Shown piece by piece: positions 17,267 through 26,611 of a stretch of DNA of 64,000 bases (positions are counted from its first letter, which is position 1; each line of letters opens with the position of its first letter). Below the pieces are notes generated by a model. That model had not been told where the DNA came from. It ran no database searches and was given only the letters and a program-made list of their open reading frames with translations. The position numbers and the translations under genes were made by a program. Origin of the DNA: a virus (Duplodnaviria; Caudoviricetes); the IMG/VR virus record IMGVR_UViG_3300001687_000013, positions 1-64,000 of that record. The stretch is one strand, 5' to 3'.

Positions 17267-18112
17267 TTATTTTTTCCCCACTTCAAAATCTCCTCCGATC
17301 CTGTTCCCATAATCTTTTATGAGTTTGGCAGAGGGTTTACCATATACTGGTTTTAAAATTACATGTCTTTTTGCATCATGTGTATCATAACCTATCAATT
17401 GAGTTATCGATAGTATTTTATTTGCTCCACGATAATTAACTGGTTCATTGATTCTAATATTTCCTACCAAACCAACATCCTGTCTTCCAGCATAATTTAT
17501 TGCCTTAATCAATTCCTCTTTTGCTTTTCTAAGTTCTGGAATTTCCTTGTTGGGATCAGTATCATATTCAGCTACATTTGCTATCGTGGCCCAGGCAAAA
17601 TCTATAATATATTTTTTCATCTTTTGCTTTTTTTGAACTGACATAACTCTATGTTTCCTTGACCAGTCATTAAGTTTATCAGTCCAACTATTAGCTATAG
17701 AATCTATCATTTGAGTTTCATCAACTTTATTGTCAAGCAATTCTTTTGCAAACCAGGAGTTCATACTGACATGATAAGCACGACAAATTTCATTATATAT
17801 GTTTGGTAATTCATCTTCATCCATGAGACCTGTCCGAGTCTCAACTTGAACTTCAATTATGATCCGATCTCCCCCAAACTTATTTCTGGTATTTCCAGCA
17901 GCAGATAGAGCAGTCATAAAATCCACTGTAAAATATGTTCCAGGATAAGAAGCAAGTACCCCTGTATCAGAATCCCAAGTTTTCTTTTTAGGATCTGGAA
18001 CTAATCCTTTCTTCAAGATCTCCCTCAAAAAAGTTGTGGTTGTCCCATGATAAAAAACTTCTTTAGCTTCACAAATTAATTGTAATACGTGTTGTGATTT
18101 ATTAAGGCTCAT
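17267..18112 (-). CDS. leader-bearing ADP-ribosyltransferase-fold protein (H-Y type)
   Basis: LNKSQHVLQLICEA; FYHGT...IL..GL.P...GTYFT.DF..A. Confidence 0.65.
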   Translation of the reverse strand: MSLNKSQHVLQLICEAKEVFYHGTTTTFLREILKKGLVPDPKKKTWDSDTGVLASYPGTYFTVDFMTALSAAGNTRNKFGGDRIIIEVQVETRTGLMDEDELPNIYNEICRAYHVSMNSWFAKELLDNKVDETQMIDSIANSWTDKLNDWSRKHRVMSVQKKQKMKKYIIDFAWATIANVAEYDTDPNKEIPELRKAKEELIKAINYAGRQDVGLVGNIRINEPVNYRGANKILSITQLIGYDTHDAKRHVILKPVYGKPSAKLIKDYGNRIGGDFEVGKK

Positions 18113-18422
18113 AAACAAACTCCGTATATCCTTTTCCCCCAGATGATCCCACTACTCTTAAATGTTCTGGTGGAACTACTATAGAGGCTAATTTATATTT
18201 ATCAGTCCTCATATGTATTTCAGCAAATTCCTTATCGGCACTAACAAAATCACCAGATTTTATAGTCCCTTTTAAACTTGCTCTCCATATCTTTATCTTC
18301 TTAGGTAATTTTGAAGTACCAAAATAATATTGGGCCACCCCAGGTGTCTCTTTATATTGGTCAGTCAATTTCTGAAGATTAGACTCAGAAAGGAGGAACA
18401 AAACTTGTTGTGATTTAGTCAT
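18102..18422 (-). CDS. leader-bearing ADP-ribosyltransferase-like protein (R-S-E type)
   Basis: MTKSQQVLFLLSE; IWRA...GDFVS...FA..H...EFVY. Confidence 0.55.
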   Translation of the reverse strand: MTKSQQVLFLLSESNLQKLTDQYKETPGVAQYYFGTSKLPKKIKIWRASLKGTIKSGDFVSADKEFAEIHMRTDKYKLASIVVPPEHLRVVGSSGGKGYTEFVYEP

Positions 18423-18906
18423 GCTTCACCACCTTTTTGATCCTTATATTTTTAGGATCATACACCACAATATTAGTGGCAGTGTTCCTATACTGCATCC
18501 GTGGGGTAGCATGTTCCATTCCCACATAACCTAATTTTTTTAAAATGTCAGGCATTCTACCTGGAAACTTTCTTTCCAGAGCATAATAAAGCTCTATATT
18601 CATGACCTCATCATCACCTTTTTTAAATCGATCAGAATAATAAGTGGTGCCTAAAACTTTTTCAAACTTTTTAATGGTACTTAGGTCAGCCGTCTTGAGT
18701 TCCAAGATACTACCTTTTACCTCTATCTCATATAAAACTTTTCCCCAGGTCAATGCATCTTCAGGGAGAGTTGACAAATAGATTCCTTTTCCAAATGCAG
18801 AACCTCCTTTAGCACCTTCTAAAGTGATTTTATCATGTTCATGCTTTGCAGCGTGATAATATATCTTAGATTCAAACAAGTTTAAAATTTTTCTGGATCT
18901 ATTCAT
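18415..18906 (-). CDS. leader-bearing ADP-ribosyltransferase-like protein (ART-PolyVal-like)
   Basis: MNRSRKILNLFES; YYH...FGKGIYLST...A..WG...LGYVG...IVVYDPKNI. Confidence 0.7.
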   Translation of the reverse strand: MNRSRKILNLFESKIYYHAAKHEHDKITLEGAKGGSAFGKGIYLSTLPEDALTWGKVLYEIEVKGSILELKTADLSTIKKFEKVLGTTYYSDRFKKGDDEVMNIELYYALERKFPGRMPDILKKLGYVGMEHATPRMQYRNTATNIVVYDPKNIRIKKVVKHD

Positions 18907-18950
18907 TGTGGTCTTTCAATACTTGGTCATTTTTGTTGTCTAAGTGTCTA

Positions 18951-19023
18951 AGCTGGGAGGGAGAATCGAACTCCCGACCGATTGATTACAGGTCAATTGC
19001 TCTACCGTCTAAGCTACCCCAGC
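18951..19023 (-). tRNA. tRNA-Thr(UGU), C33 variant, no encoded CCA
   Basis: GCTGGGG TA GCTT..GAGC A ATTGA CCTGTAA TCAAT .. GGGAG TTCGATT CTCCC TCCCAGC T. Confidence 0.85.
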
Positions 19024-19031
19024 AATTCAAG

Positions 19032-19104
19032 TCAGGGTGGTAGGACTTGAACCTACGACTTCTTGAATCCAAATCAAGCACTCTACCAACTGAGCTACAC
19101 CCTG
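19032..19104 (-). tRNA. tRNA-Pro(UGG), A37 variant
   Basis: CAGGGTG TA GCTC..GAGT G CTTGA TTTGGAT TCAAG .. GTAGG TTCAAGT CCTAC CACCCTG A. Confidence 0.9.
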
Positions 19105-19105
19105 A

Positions 19106-19639
19106 TCATATTTCTAATTTATAGGTGTACCCACCAAAATTTCTTATAAACTCTTTTCCTGCTTTATTATCTTTGAATAGATAATAGCAATCTATGTTTG
19201 GGATCTGATCTTTGCTATCTGGCATAACCCAATATGATCCCGTTTTTATCCAGGGGAAATATACACCAACTCCCCATTGTTTTTTGTAGGCTTTTCCCCA
19301 GGGGGAATATTCCGTTTTTACGAGTCCAACATTTTTCTTTCCGAAACTGAAAATGAGTGGCTTCGTAATATTTTTCAAATCTGGAATTTCCTGAGGAGTT
19401 CCCTTTGGAAAATATTTGTCTAATGTTGGGAGAAGTTTTTTGATTTCTTGTTCTGGATCTTTTACCCGATCCAAATTTAATCTTAGAACGACTCCATCTT
19501 TTCTTGCAATTGTGAGGTTAAGTGTATTCAAAATATCGTGATATCCATCCACTGCCACAACATACTGACCTTGCTTATAAGTATCACCATATTCTACCTC
19601 ATTTTCTAATAGACTTAATATTTTCCTTGATTTATTCAT
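19106..19639 (-). CDS. leader-bearing hypothetical protein
   Basis: MNKSRKILSLLE. Confidence 0.8.
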   Translation of the reverse strand: MNKSRKILSLLENEVEYGDTYKQGQYVVAVDGYHDILNTLNLTIARKDGVVLRLNLDRVKDPEQEIKKLLPTLDKYFPKGTPQEIPDLKNITKPLIFSFGKKNVGLVKTEYSPWGKAYKKQWGVGVYFPWIKTGSYWVMPDSKDQIPNIDCYYLFKDNKAGKEFIRNFGGYTYKLEI

Positions 19640-19862
19640 TTTACTGATATGCCTTAATTATATTATAATTTTGATATCATTTCTTCAAAAATGCATTTTC
19701 AAAAACCCAATTTTAGGCAATAAAACATAATTTTTGCCGAAAATTTATATATGACAATTTTTGTCACCACTTAGAATGGACGAGTCAAAATACATCCATA
19801 TGATCACATTCATAAATTAGAAAGTGCCTTAAAAAAGCATTTCTGGGCCTCAGAGAACGTTT

Positions 19863-20168
19863 TTATGATGTTTTCCCAATTTTTAACATCATATTTTTGA
19901 TCTCTTTAAGCATTTTTCCCATTTTTGAGTCTGTATCAACATACTCAAAATAGAACCTTAAAATCTTATATGGAATACCTAAATATATCTTAATTGGAGT
20001 CTCAAAACATCCTTCACAATTCCAGCATTCATGAACCCAAATATCTCCTTCATTATATTCAAAACCATCTTCAGTATCATACGTCCATTGTGCAGGAGCA
20101 TGTATCCAATTCCAGCAAACCCATATTGATCCACAATAAGGACATCTTCTTAAAGGTATTAATTTCAT
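19863..20168 (-). CDS. zinc-ribbon protein
   Basis: GAGGAGG RBS; CPYCGS...HECWNCE. Confidence 0.7.
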   Translation of the reverse strand: MKLIPLRRCPYCGSIWVCWNWIHAPAQWTYDTEDGFEYNEGDIWVHECWNCEGCFETPIKIYLGIPYKILRFYFEYVDTDSKMGKMLKEIKNMMLKIGKTS

Positions 20169-20370
20169 ATTTACCTCCTCATAGTTATACGTAAGGTTAT
20201 CTTACTCTACGTATAACTCCTCTTCTAATTCTCGTAAATCCTCAATTGTTTGTTCTATAAGATTCTTTTCAGATACAGCCCAAACTTGTATTGTTCCATT
20301 CCTTAAATTCACAATGCACTCTTCAAGGAGTCCTATTGCATTGTTTACTGCAATCTGATCCATTGTCATA

Positions 20371-20583
20371 TTATGCGAATCCCTTCATGAGTATCTCTGG
20401 GGCAGGGCCTCCACGAGCTTTATAAATTGCAAGAGTGAGGTCATCAACTTTACCAGTTCCCCCACAAGTAGAACACACATAAATTTCATAAACTACAGGC
20501 CCATCTTCACAATATACATGCAAAGGATGTCCACTTGGTATCTTAAATTCCTTTTGACCCTTACATTCTGGACAAATATTCAT
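20371..20583 (-). CDS. DnaJ-type CXXCXGXG zinc-finger protein
   Basis: CPECKGQK...CSTCGGTG. Confidence 0.7.
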   Translation of the reverse strand: MNICPECKGQKEFKIPSGHPLHVYCEDGPVVYEIYVCSTCGGTGKVDDLTLAIYKARGGPAPEILMKGFA

Positions 20584-20591
20584 AGTCTCTC

Positions 20592-20969
20592 CTATGTCAT
20601 ATAAGTTACGATCTCATACTTACCACTATTAGGCATCTTATAGTAAGACAATGCCAATCTCGTATTTGAATAAACGTTTGGGTATCGTCCCTGCTCATCC
20701 ATCATACTGAGATCCGCTACATCAAAATAAACCTGTTCGGTTTTATCTCGTCCACCAACTAAGAAACCTGACCATTCTGTTTGATCTTCCTGAACAGCAA
20801 CCACACCATATTTTCTAAGAATAGCAAATATCTGAGTAAGTGGAATACTGTCAAAGTAGATCTGCTTACTAATCTTTCCGAGTTCTTTATTCATCTTACT
20901 CCTGGTGCCTGGGTTTAATCTGGGAGACTTAGCTTCCACCAGACCTAAAACTTTTCGTGATTTATTCAT
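20592..20969 (-). CDS. leader-bearing hypothetical protein
   Basis: MNKSRKVLGLVEA. Confidence 0.8.
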   Translation of the reverse strand: MNKSRKVLGLVEAKSPRLNPGTRSKMNKELGKISKQIYFDSIPLTQIFAILRKYGVVAVQEDQTEWSGFLVGGRDKTEQVYFDVADLSMMDEQGRYPNVYSNTRLALSYYKMPNSGKYEIVTYMT

Positions 20970-21156
20970 CATAATATTCTCTTAGTTTGGATACCAACTT
21001 CTCTTCTTCTTTCCGTCTTTGATATAATCTATTATTCCTGCAATATGGACAACTCCCATGATTTTTACAGGTAGGATCAACAGACCGTGAATCACTATTC
21101 TTATAACGTCTTCTACAATCTTTACGGTTAGGGTAATAATTGTAAAATCCCATCAT
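20962..21156 (-). CDS. small basic Cys/His phage protein
   Basis: SVDPTCKNHGSCPYCRNNR. Confidence 0.7.
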   Translation of the reverse strand: MMGFYNYYPNRKDCRRRYKNSDSRSVDPTCKNHGSCPYCRNNRLYQRRKEEEKLVSKLREYYDE

Positions 21157-21161
21157 ATCTC

Positions 21162-21494
21162 CTATTTTTTATAATATATTTCAACAGAATCATCTTTGTA
21201 AGAGCTTGAATCTGCTTTCCATCGTGTAAAAAATTCTTTAGGTTTATTCTCTTTAACCCATCTTTTAACTGATGCCATAGTAGCTTTTCCTTTAGCATCT
21301 ACATAAGCTGTCTTAGCTCCACTTTTCCAGTCCTTAATTTTTTTCCAATCATCCATCTGTCTTCCAAATGGCTGTTTGTAAAATTCATTTGAATCTAATG
21401 TTTCTATATTAACAACATAATTAAACCCTTCTACTGTTCCAAAAGAAGGTTTATTAACTTCCATTAAATCTAATATATCAGTTGCTTTTATCAT
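21162..21494 (-). CDS. leader-bearing hypothetical protein
   Basis: revised start MIKATDILDLME. Confidence 0.8.
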   Translation of the reverse strand: MIKATDILDLMEVNKPSFGTVEGFNYVVNIETLDSNEFYKQPFGRQMDDWKKIKDWKSGAKTAYVDAKGKATMASVKRWVKENKPKEFFTRWKADSSSYKDDSVEIYYKK

Positions 21495-21495
21495 A

Positions 21496-22449
21496 TCACC
21501 CACCATGTTTTGAAAAAAACCGTTTCTTCATGTCATCAAACCGTTTTGCATCGACATGAATTACAGTATATATTTTTTTAAGTTTTTTGATAATGTCTTC
21601 AAGTTCAAGATAACTCTTAACATTATCTTCTATATAGATTAGAGGAAGTTTCTCACCTTTACGGTATTTATCAATATATTCTTGTGAAGGTCTATTATAT
21701 TGCAAAGCAAATATACGTGATCCTCTTGGTATCTTCAGAGTATCACCATGTACTATCCACTCTTCCTCCATACCATATACTTGACCAACTTTTTTGAGAC
21801 CAGCAGTAATCAGTTTTATCCAATCCTTCTCAGTGAGATGATCCCTTATATACTTCATCTCATAAGCCCCAGACTTCCATTCACTCTGTTCGGCTTTCTC
21901 AATCATTTTAGGAAGGACTCGTATTACCCATTTAGCTGCATCTTTAACAGAATTCAATTTGATCTGATCTTCTGGATGATCCCCATAATGATATTCAAGA
22001 TCTTGATAAAAAGCAATACGTTGAGCTTGATAAAAGACATCACCATATGATTCCTTACTTGCAGCATGAGCATACTCAAACAGATTCCGTATAACACCTC
22101 TGGTGTAGTTCTTCTTTTGCCAAATCCTGTGGAGTAATCTCATATTATCTGCCATTAAAGCTTCTGGATTATCATAAGGTATTTGTTCCAAGACACCTTT
22201 ATTTGCTGCCAAGAGTTTCTTAGCATCCATAACTAACATAGCATCCCTGGCAACACCTAACCAATCAATAATGACTCTTTTACTGGCACTAATACCTTGA
22301 ACACCTCTTAAATAGCCTTTCAGAAGTTCAGCAACAGTATTTGGGTGTTGAGGATTACCACGAAGATCAAAAGCTACACGGAAATGTTTTGGGATATCAC
22401 CCATATTGATAGCTTCTGTCAATTCAATTATGTCAACAGCTTTTTTCAT
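21496..22449 (-). CDS. leader-bearing protein, possible ART-like
   Basis: revised start MKKAVDIIELTEA; HFR...GISAS...EEEWIV. Confidence 0.7.
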   Translation of the reverse strand: MKKAVDIIELTEAINMGDIPKHFRVAFDLRGNPQHPNTVAELLKGYLRGVQGISASKRVIIDWLGVARDAMLVMDAKKLLAANKGVLEQIPYDNPEALMADNMRLLHRIWQKKNYTRGVIRNLFEYAHAASKESYGDVFYQAQRIAFYQDLEYHYGDHPEDQIKLNSVKDAAKWVIRVLPKMIEKAEQSEWKSGAYEMKYIRDHLTEKDWIKLITAGLKKVGQVYGMEEEWIVHGDTLKIPRGSRIFALQYNRPSQEYIDKYRKGEKLPLIYIEDNVKSYLELEDIIKKLKKIYTVIHVDAKRFDDMKKRFFSKHGG

Positions 22450-22450
22450 C

Positions 22451-23035
22451 TTATACCTGTAAAAATTGTACAATACTTTTGTAAAGATCATTAACAGATC
22501 GTATTAACTTCTGATCCTTATATAAATTATTCTTAACTCCATAAGCAGAAGTATTCTTTAAAGCTGCTTCAGCAAATGAAATTATAGTCTCATAAATCTT
22601 TTTGGTTAAGGTATCTATTTCTTCTTTCCCTTTAACCTGAGAGAGTAATTTTTTAGTCTCCTTCTTAAGGAGAGCAGATCCTTTTATAATTTGAGAAATA
22701 CTATCATCCTTATACTTTGAATCCAGGAAATGTCTTTCATCAGTATATACTGGACTTGAATATTCCTTTAAAACATATCGGGTAATTCCTATCTCTTCTT
22801 CTATATGACCTGATTCAAATTGTATACTCTTCTCAAGACCATACTGAGGTATACGGACTCTTATTCTATACAATGACCCCAGAATACACCTTAAAGATTC
22901 TATAGCTCTATGAAGACCTACTTCATACTCCGTATTATTCCTATAATAAGTAGAAACCTCTGAAAGACCACCATACTCATTTGAGGAAACCATATAACTT
23001 TTTATGAGTGTATTCAATTCTTTTGCTGTAGCCAT
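22451..23035 (-). CDS. leader-bearing helical protein, paralog of 24614-25204
   Basis: MATAKELNTLI; NTEYEVGLHRAIESLRCILGSL...GVKNNLYKD. Confidence 0.8.
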   Translation of the reverse strand: MATAKELNTLIKSYMVSSNEYGGLSEVSTYYRNNTEYEVGLHRAIESLRCILGSLYRIRVRIPQYGLEKSIQFESGHIEEEIGITRYVLKEYSSPVYTDERHFLDSKYKDDSISQIIKGSALLKKETKKLLSQVKGKEEIDTLTKKIYETIISFAEAALKNTSAYGVKNNLYKDQKLIRSVNDLYKSIVQFLQV

Positions 23036-23316
23036 TATTTTCCATCCAATAATTTCTTAGCTTCCATGAGAAGAGATTTTACCCTCTCCACATCAAAAGG
23101 CTTTTCCTCTTCTTGTTCTTCTTCCGAGATTTCAATCCTATGAATATAATCAGATCCATCTCCATCAAACCAAAAAACTTCTGGTTCATCATCTGGATCT
23201 ACAATTATTCTAAAAGAATGTCCAAAATCCCCAGTCTCTTCTATATGTCTAAGGAGTTTTTCTAATCGATTTTCATCATCTTTACAAATTATTTTAATCG
23301 TTTTGTAATTACTCAT
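23035..23316 (-). CDS. hypothetical protein
   Basis: GHSF.I.VDPD...FDGDGSD motif; no leader. Confidence 0.7.
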   Translation of the reverse strand: MSNYKTIKIICKDDENRLEKLLRHIEETGDFGHSFRIIVDPDDEPEVFWFDGDGSDYIHRIEISEEEQEEEKPFDVERVKSLLMEAKKLLDGK

Positions 23317-23326
23317 ATGTCTTCCC

Positions 23327-23590
23327 TTACTTTATTTTCTCTAAGTTCATGATATTGACTTTATCAGGTACATCTGGATTTCCCCAATCTATAGTTGCTA
23401 TGAGGATTGCGTCTGGCCCTCTCCCTAATGGTTCAAGTTTTTTTACAATACCTCTTGCATGTGGTATTGCCCCTGTATATTCTCCTGTACTTCTCAAGAA
23501 TTTAACAGTATACCTAACTTTGTCACCAACTTTTATATCGGGCATCTTTGATTCCTGGATTAAGTCTAATACTTCTTGTGATTTGCTCAT
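23327..23590 (-). CDS. leader-bearing SH3-like protein
   Basis: MSKSQEVLDLIQE; KVGDKVRYT..FLR...W...NLE. Confidence 0.8.
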   Translation of the reverse strand: MSKSQEVLDLIQESKMPDIKVGDKVRYTVKFLRSTGEYTGAIPHARGIVKKLEPLGRGPDAILIATIDWGNPDVPDKVNIMNLEKIK

Positions 23591-23599
23591 ATTATTTCC

Positions 23600-24232
23600 T
23601 TAACTTACATATTCAGCAAAATTCATAGCTGCTTCCTTAGCCTGATCCATATTCCTTATGGTTACAGATCCACCTTTTACAAATGGGGTATCTTCAGTCA
23701 TCCCCCCATATTCCTTCTCATTAAACAGCTTGTCCCCAGTTGTAAAGACACATATAGCCCTGTGTGACCATCCTGCCCATCCAGTTTTTCCTTTATGAAT
23801 TCCCTGTGGGACATTTTCACAGAATCCAATAGAACATACTGAATGACTTTTCTTAGACTTCATAATCTTTGTCATTCCATATTTTTCAACCAGGAGTTTT
23901 GCCATTTTAGGCTCCCCTATATAACCATTGTCCTCTTTTGAGTAAGCAACAGTCATTTCCAGGGGTTTATCTTTAGGCCCACCAAAATATGTTTGATCCC
24001 ACAATTCCTTGCGAACTTCATAAACTCCATGATCTTTTACATCTAAGACTTTTACAACATCTATCTTTTCAAATATCAGTTTAACAGCTTCATAAATATC
24101 ATACTGCATTTCGGATATATTGAAGATCATATTTTTATGATCTATAAGGTTTTGTATTTCCCTCATAAGAAGGGAGGCATATTCCTGGTCTATGGACTCT
24201 GATAGATTTATTAATTCGTTAGCTGTTCTCAT
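23600..24232 (-). CDS. leader-bearing hypothetical protein
   Basis: revised start MRTANELINLSE; CSIGF...WAGWSHRA..F..GD. Confidence 0.8.
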   Translation of the reverse strand: MRTANELINLSESIDQEYASLLMREIQNLIDHKNMIFNISEMQYDIYEAVKLIFEKIDVVKVLDVKDHGVYEVRKELWDQTYFGGPKDKPLEMTVAYSKEDNGYIGEPKMAKLLVEKYGMTKIMKSKKSHSVCSIGFCENVPQGIHKGKTGWAGWSHRAICVFTTGDKLFNEKEYGGMTEDTPFVKGGSVTIRNMDQAKEAAMNFAEYVS

Positions 24233-24243
24233 GACTTCCTCAA

Positions 24244-24603
24244 TTATTTTCTCTTTCCAAATAGTCTTACAGCCCAATACATCACTACCTGTCTCCAAAT
24301 TTTAGTTTTACAAACTATCATAGCTTCTTTCATAATCTTGTCAGCTATTTTACGTTCAATGTTTGTTTCTCTATAAAGATAATCATGTATAACAACTGCT
24401 TTAGAGTATCTCCCCCATCTGGGGATTATTGCCCAAAGTATTCTTGGGACACTGGCTCCATCTGTAATAAATCCAACTGGGACATTTATTTCATGACCCC
24501 AAGGCAACCCTATATCGGTTATATATTGAAAAGGTTGTTTAACCTCCCAATCATATCCGTTATCTAATGGTGAAATAACTAATTTCTTAGTGAATTCAGC
24601 CAT
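24244..24603 (-). CDS. DUF1353-family protein
   Basis: VPVGFITDGASVPR..W...AVVIHDYLY...RK.AD...AVRLFG. Confidence 0.85.
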   Translation of the reverse strand: MAEFTKKLVISPLDNGYDWEVKQPFQYITDIGLPWGHEINVPVGFITDGASVPRILWAIIPRWGRYSKAVVIHDYLYRETNIERKIADKIMKEAMIVCKTKIWRQVVMYWAVRLFGKRK

Positions 24604-24613
24604 TTTTCCTTCC

Positions 24614-25204
24614 CTATCCTAACAATTTTAGGATACTCTTATCTAAAGCACTAACAGCCCTGTTTAACTGTGAGTCCTTATATAAATTATTTTTTACTCC
24701 ATCCTTTCCCGTTGCTTTGATTGCAGCATCGGAAAAAACAATCATTGTATCAAAAACCTCTTTTGCAAGAGAATACAACTCTTCAAATCCTGGATTACTT
24801 TTCATCTTGTTCTTCAAACCATTAGCAATTTTCTTTAACTTCTCTGATCCAGCTATCAAACTCTCAAGACTCTTCTCTTTATAGGGAGACCTGAAATGCC
24901 ATTCATCAGTATATAGTGGTTTTGAATATTCTGCCAAGACTTTTTTTACAATCCCTATCTCTTCACGGATATGAGATTTCTCAGTTAAGAGAGCAGTTTC
25001 CAGACTGTCACCATGATTTATAATATTGACCTCAACTTTACAGAGAGATCCTAATATACATCGTAATGAATCTACGGCTCTCTGGATTCCAATCTCATAT
25101 TCTGTATTGGCTCCATAAAAATTTATAACATCTGGAAGACCACCATACATACCAATGTACTCTTTTGCTTCAAGAAGTCTTTTTACTATATTTGATTTTC
25201 TCAT
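24614..25204 (-). CDS. leader-bearing helical protein, paralog of 22451-23035
   Basis: revised start MRKSNIVKRLLEA; NTEYEIGIQRAVDSLRCILGSL. Confidence 0.8.
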   Translation of the reverse strand: MRKSNIVKRLLEAKEYIGMYGGLPDVINFYGANTEYEIGIQRAVDSLRCILGSLCKVEVNIINHGDSLETALLTEKSHIREEIGIVKKVLAEYSKPLYTDEWHFRSPYKEKSLESLIAGSEKLKKIANGLKNKMKSNPGFEELYSLAKEVFDTMIVFSDAAIKATGKDGVKNNLYKDSQLNRAVSALDKSILKLLG

Positions 25205-25548
25205 CAATAATCCCAATCGTGGTCATAAAATTTTATAACCTTACTGTACCCAATTATGTGATGTTCAGTTCTTTTACTTATAAAAGAATATTTATTACTT
25301 CCAATATAGAACCCGTGAGAATGTCTATGAGTAATTTCATAACCAAGTTCTTTAGCCAACTCTGTAGCATAATCACGTAAAATTTTAGCAAAGTCCAAAT
25401 TGAACCCTATTATATATATGTTAGCATCCTCATTGAAGTCTGAAGTCTGAATAGCCTCAATAAGCATATCCCAGGTTTTACCAGACCCAATACCATCTTT
25501 ATTACCATAATTCTTGTGTAATCTATCAAGATCTATATTTAACCCCAT
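25204..25548 (-). CDS. small P-loop-containing protein
   Basis: GIGSGKT; ends FYDH. Confidence 0.55.
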   Translation of the reverse strand: MGLNIDLDRLHKNYGNKDGIGSGKTWDMLIEAIQTSDFNEDANIYIIGFNLDFAKILRDYATELAKELGYEITHRHSHGFYIGSNKYSFISKRTEHHIIGYSKVIKFYDHDWDY

Positions 25549-25841
25549 ACGATCCCTGTACCTCCACAAGATCTACATGTTTCAGGTTGTGGGACATCTG
25601 TAGTATAGGTGTATGAATCATATTCAATATTATAAAACCCAGCAGGTACAAGACCTTTTCCTCCACAAACTGGACAAATATGTGGTCTTCTTTCACAATG
25701 AGTGTTGCATCCATATATTACTTCATATTCCTGATTTCCCTCTTCACCAGTAACCTTGATAGTACAATCAGGATATAGTATTTCTGTTTTCCAGTCAGTA
25801 TAGACATAACCAACATAGTTTTGATTATTTATATCTTGCAT
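25539..25841 (-). CDS. CXXCXGXG zinc-finger protein
   Basis: CPVCGGKG...CRSCGGTG. Confidence 0.7.
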   Translation of the reverse strand: MQDINNQNYVGYVYTDWKTEILYPDCTIKVTGEEGNQEYEVIYGCNTHCERRPHICPVCGGKGLVPAGFYNIEYDSYTYTTDVPQPETCRSCGGTGIVWG

Positions 25842-25853
25842 AATCTTATTCCT

Positions 25854-26120
25854 CTAATCCATATAAGTTTTAGATTGTAACTCCAAATTTGAAGCAGCTA
25901 TGAGAGCAGGATTCTTGGTAAACCCAGCAGCTAATTTATCCCATTTAACAGTAACAAAAGGTATCTTAGGATCGATTTTTGTAATCACACCTTTCATATC
26001 AGCAATAGCTTTTTCATACCCAGCCATTCTCAAAAACTCAGGAGTATATCGTACCTTATCACCAACTTTAAAATAGGATTTTTTCTCTAATAACTTTTTC
26101 AATTCCCCAGATTTGGTCAT
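25854..26120 (-). CDS. leader-bearing SH3-like protein
   Basis: MTKSGELKKLLE; FKVGDKVRYTPEFLR...VKWD...SNLE. Confidence 0.8.
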   Translation of the reverse strand: MTKSGELKKLLEKKSYFKVGDKVRYTPEFLRMAGYEKAIADMKGVITKIDPKIPFVTVKWDKLAAGFTKNPALIAASNLELQSKTYMD

Positions 26121-26455
26121 TTCTTACATTTCTTTTTCTTATAAGTTTCTAATTGTTCATAGAAACCAAAGATCTTTCTCAGTCTTATATTCTCAGGAAG
26201 ACCTTCAGGCATCTTAAAACCAGGCTTGTCAGGATCACCATAATAAAAGTATACCGTCTCTGCATCCAAACCCAGAGCTTTTATCTTCTTATCGATATTA
26301 CTTTTGATTTGTTTAGCCATTGGTACATTAGCTACTCTGGCCTTAATATAATCGTGAACCCAACTTTTAAGACCTTTTTCCAATTCTTTCTTAGTCTTCT
26401 CAACGTCACCTGTTGCAGACTCAAAAAGGTTAATTATATCGGTTGCTTTTACCAT
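26117..26455 (-). CDS. leader-bearing hypothetical protein
   Basis: revised start MVKATDIINLFES with GGAG RBS. Confidence 0.8.
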   Translation of the reverse strand: MVKATDIINLFESATGDVEKTKKELEKGLKSWVHDYIKARVANVPMAKQIKSNIDKKIKALGLDAETVYFYYGDPDKPGFKMPEGLPENIRLRKIFGFYEQLETYKKKKCKK

Positions 26456-26569
26456 AAAATTTCTCTCCAAACTTACGACATGTTTACGACATATCTTACG
26501 ACATAGTAAATTGCATGGAACACCACAATGTTCCAAGATCTCCTTCTCCACATGGGAGACGAGTCTAAA

Positions 26570-26611
26570 GTTACCCTACAAAATGTTAAAATCAAAAAAT
26601 TGTAGGGTAAC
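26570..26611. repeat. 12-bp inverted repeat / hairpin
   Basis: GTTACCCTACAA ... TTGTAGGGTAAC directly after the stop of 26611-27150. Confidence 0.6.

Noticed and set aside
25204-25548. Terminase or helicase
   Set aside because: Only ~114 aa with a lone GSGKT; too short for a functional motor
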